Shown here in pieces: positions 1-11,894 of a DNA stretch of 64,000 bases. How positions within the stretch are numbered: the stretch's first letter is position 1; each line of letters opens with the position of its first letter. The stretch comes from Lama glama (lineage: Eukaryota): the NCBI GenBank assembly GCA_028534125.1, contig CM052817.1, forward strand, positions 102,860,001 to 102,924,000. Reading direction: 5' to 3'. Below the pieces are notes generated by a model. The model saw only the letters and a list, made by a program, of their open reading frames with translations. It was not told the origin of the DNA and made no database searches. Made by a program: the position numbers and the translations under genes.

Positions 1-647
1 TTACACAGTCACATTTTTGCTATGCCCCTTGAGAAAAATTTTTGAAATTTTTTCATTGAACATTTTAGAAAGATGAGATAATACTTAAATGTATTCATTC
101 CTAAGTAGTTACAAGAAACATTTTTGAAGGATGGTAAAAATGTATTTGAAATGACCATTGTGTAAAAATTATATTGCAAATTAGGCCTGAAACACATATA
201 AATAACTATAGAATGAGGCTAATCCTGAGGAAAAAAGAAATGTCTTAGTTAATATTATGGTGATTATAAGGATAAGAGTAATTATAGACCAGAGAAAACA
301 TTTCAAGATTATCAAAGACAATAATGTTTTTAATAGTTTAGTAATTTTGAATAATTTTTATAGCTATTGAAATAAAATTTTGTGTAGGTAGTTCACTGAA
401 ATAGAAAAAAAGAAAATTCATAGATGATTATTTCTCACATATCCTAAAAATTCCAAAATGAAAATATACAAGCCAAATAAATATTTATGGGAAAGACAAC
501 ACATTTTGAAATAAAAAATATAGTCAGTTCAACACAAACTACCAAGGAAGGGAAAAGATAGAGCAGGAAAGAGCTAAATGACTACTTCTACAATGTTTGA
601 AATCCAACTGAATAGTGCAAAATACTTCGAAATACATAATATTCATT

Positions 648-669
648 CATATATATATATATATATATA
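648..669. repeat. (TA)n microsatellite
   Basis: Run of atatatatatatatatatata. Confidence 0.9.
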
Positions 670-1348
670 GAATATATGTTTTTTAATGATTGATAGTGTA
701 ATCTTATTTTATGCTATTTATCTAAAATAATGGTATTTTCTTCCAAATATTACACTTTCAGAGTTTAACTATAAATGAAATGACAAAATTATATAGTACT
801 AAAATGTTCTAAATCACAGAAAATAAAAGCCCCTAATACAAAGAGAGGAAAATGAGTTAAAGAAAAGTCTTGAATAAAGCTTGAATCTAACCAGTTTTAA
901 TAAAGACTGAAAATGGAGCATGCTAAGTCTAAGCTTTTGCTGAGTTGTATCATTACTTTGTTGTCCCAAATCCATTGTCTCTGTGTCAGTGTTAAGTGTG
1001 CTTGAAGAGTCCGTTGATAAACACATCCTACGGGAATGTGCTGTCTGTGATGACACTGCAAAGCAGCTTTCCTCCTATATTTGGTCTCAGTTTTAGAAAA
1101 GCCTTTCATGGCTCGTACTTTTCACTATAACTAAGGCTAACGCGTATTATTTTTAAGTAATGTATTATTTTAAATCACTTCCTTAAAGTTTTATTATCTT
1201 AAATAAATTTCATACATGTAATAATTGTATTTCAATTATAGACAATAATGTCTTTATCCTTAAAAAGTGCATGCTAACCTACTTAACATTGAAAAGCTAT
1301 GTTGTCTGCAATTAACCTCAAAATATTTTATACACCCTTCTGCATGTA

Positions 1349-1371
1349 TGCGCGCACACACACACACACAA
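1349..1371. repeat. Short (GC)n(AC)n microsatellite
   Basis: tgcgcgcacacacacacacacaa. Confidence 0.85.
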
Positions 1372-2044
1372 AGCTAATACAGTAAACGTAACAATCGTTG
1401 ACTCTTAGAGGTGTATGGGTATTGCTTGTATTATTCTATTAACTTTTCCACACTTTTGAAACTTATAATAAAAAGTTGTGAAAAAGTAAATTGGGCAAAG
1501 AGATGTTAATTCATAATAAAAAGTCTTAAGTCTAAAATGTCCTTGTCTGCTAGATACCACAAAGGGACGATATATATTATTTTCCACAGAATACAAGAAG
1601 AAAATAAAAATAGCATTGAGCATGAGGAGAGAGTCAATAAAATCAAAAAGCATGACACTGAATCAATGTTTCAGCTATAACAACAAAATGAAGTTTTACA
1701 TTTTTAACCTTGCGATGTTCCTCAAATAAAATACAGAGTAAAAAGTTGCATCAAAATAATATGAATCATTTTTTTAAATTTTAATTAAACTATTTAAAAA
1801 GGAGAACCCAAATAATTTTTTAAATATATTACAAATCTCATATAGGCATAATTCAAACATGTTCAAACAGTTAAACTGAAATTATCTTCCAGGTTTTCAC
1901 AAAAATTATAAAGCTAGATCAATTTCTCTAAATAAGCTTGTGTGTAATCACTCTAAGAATAATTAATGTTTTGTAACTCAGTATCCAAATAGAAGGCAAC
2001 TGAATATAATGCTCAAGAGGATGAAACTTGACATTTCTAAGAAC

Positions 2045-2240
2045 TGAATTTTGGTCCTCACTCAGCCATTTCCTGGCTACGTGACAATGAGAAAACTATA
2101 AAACCTTGTAAATCTCCTCCCTTGTAAATCACAATAATATGAGCAGCTACCCTCATGGGGTCATTATGAGGATACAAAGAGTTAATGCTTGCAAAGTACT
2201 TAAACCAAGCCTGGTATGAGGTAAATACATTGTTACATAC
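2045..2240 (+). mobile_element. MIR SINE relic
   Basis: ctcagccatttcctggctacgtgac...ctaccctcatggggtcattatgaggatacaaagagttaatgcttgcaaagtactta resembles the MIR core and 3' part. Confidence 0.7.
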
Positions 2241-2312
2241 ATCAATTAATAATATTGAAACTATGAACAAAACCTAAATTTCTAAATAGGCTCATCCATA
2301 TCAAGGGAATCA

Positions 2313-2534
<222 letters not shown>

Positions 2535-4409
2535 TTAAAATGTAAATTATTTAAGAATGAAAATTAAGGCAAACAAGCTAATAAGAAAAGTATTGCAAAA
2601 ATATGGAAGTGTGGTCCTTACAGATATAGATGTATTTCAGAAAGTAAGGGTAACCGAATATACTGGACCTGTTACAATGTAATATGAGCCACCTGTGAAA
2701 GGATGTGACCTACGTTTTTCACTTTGATGTTTGAGGGCAGGAGGAGAAAGTCATTTCTTTGAGTGGAATGGTCTCTGATTTGTGGAGTATCCTAAGGAAA
2801 GAGAATTCAGCAATCATGGCTAATTTGCAAATAAGTCAAAATCTGATAGGAATGCTTGAATTCACAGTGGATGCCCGTGATCAGCAGCAGGTCGGGAAAG
2901 AGAGGTAGAATTAACCTCTAAACCATGTGCTATTATAACTTTATAAAGTGAGGTGCAATTAAGACAAAAGACTATTGTACTGTTACAGCAACTCATTCAT
3001 TACATTTTTATACAGTTATAATACACTTTCTCTAAAGACCACATTGACTTGGACTCTCTATAAAATGTATAAATAACTAGCAAAAGTAATATTTAAGTCA
3101 ACATTTTTTTAGGCAATGACTAGATGCTGGACTTTGATCTTTGATGACAAATAAGACATTGTCCTTATTTTCAGGAGCTTCAAAACCATTACCCTCATCC
3201 TGGAAACACTCTGATTCTATCTTTTATAACCAGAAAATTTATGCTACTTAAAGTAAAGCTCTATGAACCACTGTGAATTTATTTAAAGCCAGTATGTGAA
3301 TTCTCTACTAAGGTCAGTAATATACATTTGCATAACAAAAAATGGCCTCCTTGTTTATTTGAGTCTAAAAGTAGATTAATCAATCCCTTTGTACTGCCAG
3401 AAGTCAAAATATAATAACTCTAGGAAACATAACAAACTTAAGAGAATAAATTAATCATGAAATAGAAGAACATTGTCAAATGCTTTGGAAATTCTGGGAT
3501 ATTTGTTTCTTGATACAGGTTACAAATTTTCTTTTTTTAATTTTTCTTCAGATTTTTCTTCTGCAAAACCAAAAAGGCAAGGAGGAACTTATATTAGAAA
3601 GGTAGAAAATGACAAAAATCCATGCTTTTCAAATCACTGTCTTTTACTAAATCCAAATCTTAATATGTATGAATTTTAGCTATAAAAAAACTAATAAAGT
3701 TAGTTAATTTAAAAAATTTAAACTCCAGTCTTGAAAGCTATCCAATGCTTTAGGATTTGAGCAAAGGTTTATCAAATAAAATTGTATACTTCGTTTAGTT
3801 CACGTATACAAAACTGATATAAGGAGTTTATTTATGAGTAAACCTAGAAAGGAAAAAAATAGGAATTAGCTTAAGGTGAGTTATTAGTTTTTCATATGAA
3901 AAAATAGTCGTTAGAATTCTCGCATCATCCCTCCCTTCTGCCCCACCCTCAGTGAAAGGGCGGTCTGCAGAAGGAGAGGGATGCTCACCATCTTTCACTA
4001 TCACAGAGACCAAGTGCGATGGGTCCACAGAGCAGCTTACAGTGCTGGCTAAGAAGGTGGTCAAGATGTCTTAAATCGAATCCAGATTCTAACCAACATC
4101 GTACGCACGCAGCAGAAACTGCTCCACCTCCACCCTCCCGAAAGCCAGACGCCCTAAGAAATAGATGGCCTACCTAAATAAAATATTTTGCAATTATTTA
4201 AAAGGCTTGTTAGTTCTTATAAAAACAAATTTTGCACTGTCTTACTTTATTCAAGATTTTTCACTACGCTAAGCAAAAATCAAAGTTTACTAGTTATTTA
4301 ACTCTTCCATCGTGTGTATTTACCATGCAAATCATTATATAGTAACTCAGTGACTCTCACTCTGGCTCTTCCTCCCCTAGTGCTGGGGGACAACTAGGGG
4401 CAATGGATA

Positions 4410-4525
4410 AGTGCTTCTCTAACATTTATTTGCCCAGGAATCATAGTGAACCTGATTAAAATGCAGGTTCTGATTTACTAGGCCTGGGGAGATGCCTCAG
4501 ATCGCCATTTTTAACAAGCTCTCAA
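4410..4525. mobile_element. MER5-type hAT-Charlie MITE fragment
   Basis: gaatca...ttaaaatgcaggttctgatttactaggcctggggg...catttttaacaagctc resembles MER5A/B. Confidence 0.65.
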
Positions 4526-4896
4526 TACTACAAATAATTAGCATTGTCATTATCTTTATTAGCATTACTTCTTTTCTGCAAGAATAAATTTTACTCTTCT
4601 CTGAATCAGCTAGTTGATTTGAAAGCTTAGCACTCAACCAAATAGAATGCAGTTTTCAGTACTACATTTATATAATAAAAGCAGTAGTAAGATAAAACTC
4701 AAATGTGTTTTAGATTTTTATTTTCTTGTAGTGACTTTTTACGTGGAAAACTGTTGATGTCTTGATGGGTTACTTCAAACAAAGATCAGCAGTCCAAGTT
4801 GATAAAACATTTCACAGAAGGAAAACATTACTCCTGACCAGATAATTCTCAACAGGAGACAAAACTGCTCTGGAGCACACAAGCCTGCTTTTTATC

Positions 4897-5040
4897 TTTA
4901 TTATTATTATTATTATTATTTTGGTGGGGAGGAGGTAATTCGATTTATTTATTTATTTACTTTAATGGAGGTAGTGGGGATTGAACCCAGGACCTCGCAT
5001 ATGCTAGGCAGGTACTCTACCCATGAGCTATACCCTCCCC
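4897..5040 (-). mobile_element. tRNA-derived SINE, Vic-1-like (Camelidae)
   Basis: Minus strand: GGGGAGGGTATAGCTCATGGGTAGAGTACCTGCCTAGCATATGCGAGGTCCTGGGTTCAATCCCCACTACCTCC with Pol III A box (TAGCTCA..GG) and B box (GGTTCAATCCC). Followed by an A-rich linker, TTACCTCCTCCCC and an (AAT)n tail. Confidence 0.85.
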
Positions 5041-6080
5041 TAACTGTTATATTTTTTTCCTGAGCTAATAGCTTCAGTCGTAGCTTTGTGGTTCTGAATA
5101 TACAATGAATTGTTTCAGGAGAAAACAAATATTTCTTTAAGAAGAAGCGATAGTGAGTGACTAAGCCAATTCATTTATGTGCAGACTTCATATACTGCAG
5201 ACTTTGTGTATCTTTAAATATTGATACTATTAGCAACAAAAATGGACATCTTAGAATTTTCAACCTATCACATAGTTTAAAATGTGCAATTTCTTTTCTT
5301 TTCTTTTTTTGTTTTTTGTTTTTTGAACACATTTGAAGGTTTCCTTAACTCATCTCCTACTTAAGTTAAAGTATCTCATTCCTGTATGCGAAAAGCTTTA
5401 CTTACGCATTGGCGTAGCAAGCTGGATCATGACAATTTATATTAATATGGATTTAGAATTTGCATTCCAATCAAACATATGTTTTTAATATAGGCTCCAA
5501 GATATTTATAATTCTCAAATCCGCTTTGGAGCTTTTTGTTTTTCTTTCTATATGGTATTTTAAAATTTATTTTATACCAAAAACACAAAAATTACAGAGA
5601 AATAGTTTTAGAAGTATGAATTACCAGTCATTAGCCTCATTCAATGCAGCAATATGAGTTTAGTGATATCAGAACTGACAGCAGTATAAGAAACTGGTTA
5701 TACACGACAATACTAGGGAAATGCTCACTGCAATTAGAATATTTACTGTCTGTTTGGAATTCTGCTCAGATTCCTATGGTCCAAAAATGGGTTTGGAGCT
5801 AACCGATAGGCCAAAATAAAATGTCAAAAAGAACAATTTTCAAATTACATGGAAAACCACAAGTTTTGTTTTTTGCCTGGAGGCTATTTGCATTCACTGT
5901 ACTACAAAAAAAAAAAAAAGATTAATCAGAGACCAAAAAATGGCAGAGTACTTTTCTGTAGTAGACAGAACAAACATATTCTGTAAAAGAATCCATGGTT
6001 AAAATACGATTCGCTACGTTCTGACTTTAAATGATGTCTCTTCCACCCCATTTCTGATTCCCCAGTAATCTTTAGTCCTT

Positions 6081-6252
6081 CAGTTCTGAAGCTAGGGTCC
6101 ATGGACCAGCTTTAAAGAAGCTTCATGTCTGTGATTTTCTAAAAGTTGTACACAAAAAGTATGTATGGGTTTATAAACAGTCACCACATGTTTTTCAGGG
6201 AAGAGGTCCATAGTGGATTGTCAAAGGGATCACACAAAATAAAGAACCACTA
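6081..6252. mobile_element. hAT-Charlie-type MITE relic
   Basis: gggtccatggacc...gaggtccatag...tcaaagggatc...aagaaccac termini resemble Charlie-family MERs. Confidence 0.5.
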
Positions 6253-6479
6253 CTTTTGCCAAAAGCAAAGCCTTTCAGTGCACTCCGAAGAAAACATTTG
6301 CAAACTTAATATCCTCAAGAAAATAAATACATTTTCTTGAGAGCTGATCACTACTTGGGAATACGCTGTACTAGACAAGACGGTGGAGTCTCCTCAGGCG
6401 TTACTTACAGAACATCCTTCCAGAAACCCCCTCTCCCCAACTAACTCCATCAGGTGGCTCATCTGCCAAACACAGGATT

Positions 6480-6640
6480 TCATAACATGTTTTCAATTGT
6501 CTGATTCCTCAACCTAATTTTGAAAATACAGGAAGCATGTGTTGCTCATCTTTAAACACTCACTGCCAGAGTGCCCGACATAAAGGAGGTCCTCAGTATA
6601 CATTCTGAGGCACAAAAAATGTGAATGAATAAATGGATCG
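6480..6640 (+). mobile_element. L2 3' end relic
   Basis: agagtgcccgacataaaggaggtcctcagtata...gaatgaataaatg resembles the L2 tail. Confidence 0.5.
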
Positions 6641-7600
6641 AGGTATAGTTGTTTACAACATGAATGAGGCTAGGCATGCCACATACTTCACAAATCTGCC
6701 TGAAGACCCTAATTATTCAACCATTGCAAAGAATATTTCAAACCCTTTCAATCTAGAGTGAATTACTGTTATATACTTTAAAAAAAATTAAGAGGCAGCT
6801 GCCTTTCTTTTTTATTTCAATAGTAAATATTATTAAGTGTAGACATGGGAATTGAATCCCCTTTTTTCTTTTCTGAGCACTACTCTGATATGCTCAAGAA
6901 ATGCATGACTAAACTAACAGATCGGTTATCTTGAGATTTATGGGATTTGGAGAGATCGTTTAAAGATTCTCCAATAGTCAAGAGGACTTGCTTATATTAT
7001 ACGTTTTCCAAATACAGTTTAAACCTTATGTTGTTACTGACAGAGGAAGAATGATGTCATGTGAAAGCCTGACGAAGCTGCATCGGCTGCTCTAGGCTAC
7101 AATAAAAGTGAAAATCCCCTCAGACAAGGGTAACAGTAGGAGGCTTGAAAGTCTACTATTTTTACATTATTGACAACCGCTAAGCAAGTTCCCAAGGAAA
7201 AGTAAGATTTGGCAAAAGTTCTAATACATACATTTTGGAGATAATGTTATATTACTTAAAAGAGAAAATAATATTCTCGTGGCATTTCATATGCACAGAA
7301 TAAATTTCCCCCCCCAAAATGACAAGCATGAAAGTTAAGTTCCAAGTTTGGGAAACAATTATCTAACATTTTAAAAGCTCTTGATACGATACAAAAATAA
7401 AAATATATTTTTATATACACTCTCAGAAATGATCTTTGAAAAAAATAAGAATAAGAGTTTTTTCATGTAGTACATTTCTCTCTGAAGTTTCTAACCACAA
7501 GAAAATATTGGTAGCCCAATTATTTTAGTGGTTGTTCATATAAAAGCATCATATGCAAAGTTTTATTTAAAATATTTTATAGGATTTTTCTCAAGATCTG

Positions 7601-7725
7601 CTTTTTCGTTTTTTTTCTTTTATCTTTTTTAAAACTGAAGTATAGTTAATTTACAATGTTGTGTTAGGTTCTGGTGTACAGCATAGTGATTCAGTTATAC
7701 ATATGTATACATATTTCCATTTTCA
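7601..7725 (-). mobile_element. Short L1 3' end
   Basis: T-rich tail then tgaagtatagttaatttacaatgttgtgttaggttctggtgtacagcatagtgattcagtt, the reverse complement of the L1 3' terminus type seen at about 16000-16070. Confidence 0.8.
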
Positions 7726-10232
7726 CTTCTCCTGTAGATCTCACATAAATTGAACAAAGTCATCCAATCTGCAAAAAGCATGCATAGAATGAAGCACAAA
7801 ATATGAGTTAAATAAAAAGGTTTATTCATCCTTCCCTGATAAGCTAGATTGAAAGGTGCTCGTGGGTAACATGACTCTCATCTGCCACATTAAAACAAGA
7901 TGCCTTTAATACACCAAGGACAAGTTTTTTTTTTTTGGAAGGAGAAGGTGTGGCACAATATAAAAACCTAACTGTTTGGATCGTTATTTAAAAAAAAAAC
8001 TGCCCTAACATATTCCAAATTTAGAGGTCCCTTCAAAGAACAAAGAACCGCTGTTAGTATTAAACATGGGCTTCTTTGATTATTTCTTGAGTCGGGAAAC
8101 AAAATGTAATCTCAGTACAAAAATCAAATGTTCAATCTTGAATGCAAAGCAAATAAATATGTGCATATACATATACACCATGCAAGCATTATTATTCCAG
8201 AATATGGAGACATTTGATGATAAAGTCACTTTTCATGATATTAATGAGTTTCAAGATGAATGTAAATTGATCGATAGATTCTGAACACAACAGGAGCAGC
8301 AGTTTTTCTCTATTTTAATGCTATTTTACATTTTGGATTTGAGAAAATACTCAATTTTCAAATAGTTGTATCTTTCTTTGGAAGTCAGTCCATCAAAGTA
8401 CCATATCAATCTGTGTTTATAGCCCACAGTGCCCATGGATAGGGTTTTTCGGGACATTTTTAAAATGTCACACACAAAAAAGTCACTTGCAACACAAATA
8501 CTCATTTTGAACTCTTTAACTCAAAAGAGAAAACACTGACTAAAAGTACATTGATACAGAAATGTAAAAATAAATATCTAAACTTATTTTCTGTATGGCC
8601 TAATAATTTCCGTTACAAGCTTTAAAAATGCATTATTGTAGTTCATAAGATTTTAAAAACTGCTATTCTTATACTGTTCAAATAATGAATATATCTACCA
8701 CTATCAAGATCTGGTTTATTTATATTCCTCATATCCTGCATCTTGTAACAATAAGCCAACACCTATTTTTCCTTCCCTTAGGCTTGTAATTGTCTACATT
8801 TGTGGCCATTGTAGGCGTCACCTTGATAATTCTTTCTAAATTAATTTAAAAATTTAGATTAAATTGGCTTATATTCTAAATATTAGCATTAGTCCTTGAA
8901 GTAATTCTTAATGCCTTCCTGGAAGTAAGACCGTTCATGAGAATTTGCTATTTTCTATATTCTAGCTATGTTTTATCCACTGTCTTGTCACCTTTTCACA
9001 AAAACAGAAGAATCTTTTATTTTTCCTCACTTTTTTCCATTTGTATTGAGTCTACTGTTATGATAGATTAAGAGAGAAAATGCTGCATTCCAACTTTTCT
9101 GGCTATTCACCTTTGTAAAAGGCTTCCTCCAAAGCACAAGTCAAAGATTAGATTATTTTCTCTTGGTTAATACATGCCACTGCACAGTTCTCAAGTCAAC
9201 ACATGCTCAGTGAAATAACCATTACAAAATTTAAAAACTCACTGACATCCTGAAAACTTGACCCCACATACTGAGTTCTATTTCTCCTCTTCATAGTCTC
9301 AGAGACCTTCAACAACTGGAAGGATAATTAGAGAGAACTTTCACACCAAAACAAGTAAAAAATTGAAAGATCTTTGAAATATCCTTAGTCAGTATTATTT
9401 TCAACACTGTAAAAATTCCATAAAGTGTCAGCAACTTATGTTGATATTAAATGTATGATGCTTAATGTTAATAAAGTATCCTCATCAACATTATCCCAGT
9501 TGAGCCTTAGAAAATTCTAGGATATAGATTCATACTACTAACCTGCTGACAGAATTTGCTTTTCAAAAAACTTAGCATCTCTTACTGCCCGTCACATTAT
9601 ACTATCTCCCTTTACTTGATTTGGCAGTTGATTGGCACCAACTTTTTAGATCAGTTTTTAGAGATAAAAGATTCTGAGTGAGAAACACTGTCCATCTAAG
9701 AATTTCAATTTGAGGTAATGCTGGTGACCCATCTGAACCACATAAGGATCTCACACTGCAAATGAAGGGACAGGTGACTCTTTTCCTTTTGGATCTGGAG
9801 AAACAAGAATGGCCTGCATTGGCATATGGGGATGATATACTTCATTGACAAATAGAAGTGACCTACAAAAGAGGTAGCACTACTGCTAAAGAAAAATAAC
9901 GTGAATCATAGTTTGCATACTGGAAGGGAAAAAAAAGACTGCTTATTATCTAGTTACAGTAGTGTTAATATTTATTGAATAATCTGCTAGTAATGTTTCA
10001 AGATTTGTTTTAGATAATAAATTAGAAGGAAATAGATGATAAAATAAAGACATATTAGATAAATAAAATCTTTATAAATACCAGAAAATCATTATTTAAA
10101 TTTAAATATTTAGAACTGACATAAGTCTTAGCTAATAGATATAAATTGGAAAACTGATCATTAAATCCTCCAATTTCTTGTAACCTTACTGACAAGTCTT
10201 CCACCTGAAGACAAGGCAAGAATCCCATTTGA

Positions 10233-11024
10233 AATGGCCATCATTCAAAAATCCACAAATGACAAATGCTGGAGAGGCTGTGGAGAAAGGGGAACCCTCC
10301 TACACTGCTGGTGGGAATGCAGTTTGGTGCAGCCACTGTGGAAAACAGTATGGAGATTCCTCAAAAGACTAGGAATAGACTTACCGTATGACCCAGGAAT
10401 TCCACACCTGGGCATATATCCAGAAGGAACCCTACTTCAAAATGACACCTGCACCCCAATGTTCATAGCAGCACCATTTACAATAGCCAAGACATGGAGA
10501 CAGCCTAAATGTCCATCAACAGATGACTGGATAAAGAAGATGTGGTATATTTATACAATGGAATACTACTCAGACATAAAAACCGACAACATAACACCAT
10601 TTGCAGCAACATGGATGCTCCTGGAGAATGTCATTCTAAGTGAAGTAAGCCAGAAAGAGAAAGAAAAAGACCATATGAGATTGCTCATATGTGGAATCTA
10701 AAAAAACAAAAACAAAAACAAAAAAACAAAGCATAAATACAAAACAGAAACAGACTCACAGATATAGAATACAAACTTGTGGTTGCCAATGGGGCAGAGG
10801 GTGGGAAGGGATAGATGGGATTTCAAAATTGTAGAATAGATAAACAAATTATATTGTATAGCACAGGGAAATATACACAAGATCTCATGGTAGCTCACAG
10901 AGAAAAAAATGCGACAATGAATATATATATGTTCATGTATAATTGAAAAATTGTGCTCTACACTGGAATTTGACACAACATTGTAAAATGATTATTAAGT
11001 CAATAAAAAAAGTTTAAAAAAAAA
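10233..11024 (+). mobile_element. 5'-truncated young L1 (ORF2 C-terminus, 3' UTR, poly-A)
   Basis: Open 155-aa frame 10234-10701 is the ORF2p C-terminus ([18 protein letters not shown]...MEYY). G-rich 3' UTR, AATAAA and A tail. Imperfect TSD-like ccatt(t)gaa on both sides. Confidence 0.95.
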
Positions 11025-11894
11025 CCATTGAATTTTAAACTATGACTGCTGCCTGGTCTCTTTGTGCCAAGGGACTAGCAGGCAAGATAAGGAATCCATC
11101 CTAAAAGGATAATTGACCCTGATTATCAGAGGAACTGGGGCTGCTGTTACACATCTGGCAATGGAGAAATACATTTGGCAGCAGTTAATTCCCTTGGAAA
11201 ACTCATGATATTTTCTTGACCAATTTTTTAATGTAAATGCAACAGCCACAGCCTGAGAAGTTAAGTGGTGGTCTGGAGCCCTCAGGGATGTAGGTGTAGG
11301 GAAAACCCACTAGATAAGCCGCCCAGAGTTGCCAAGAAGAATCTAAAACTACCAACCCATAGACTGAGACCTTGGGAAAAAGAAACTGACGAATTTCCAT
11401 TTCTGTTGCATGTGGTAGATACTGGATTACTAGTAAACCAATTCAATTTTATATAAAATATTTATTCTATAACAGAATAACTATAATCACTTAGTATGTT
11501 AGTTTCATTTTTAAGAGGCATATTCTAGTATAAGAAATTTGAGTAGGTAAAAAAGCAAAAGTAAATAGTCTCAAAACCTAGTTACACATGGTCAAAAGAA
11601 TAATGTCTATTTTAAATGCTAACATTCTTGCATTTCCTATTTAAGGAAACTGAACCCAACCTCCTTCTAAAGTTTGCATTTACCAAAGGAGAATAAGATT
11701 GAGTATGGAAAGTAATATTTTCTAATATACCTTAAATGTCTCAAATAATCTATCTGCTTAAGACTATTATATTTGGTCATTCATATTTCAGTTACAGCAG
11801 AATCCACAGTAGTGAATTCCCATTGTGTAATTTCCAAAATCTTTATGAAAGTGTACGCTTGTATTCCCTCTTTCATACACTTAGAAGTCAAAAA

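Noticed and set aside
4965..5040. tRNA gene
   Set aside because: The tRNA-like head is followed by SINE body and tail, and the stems are degenerate.
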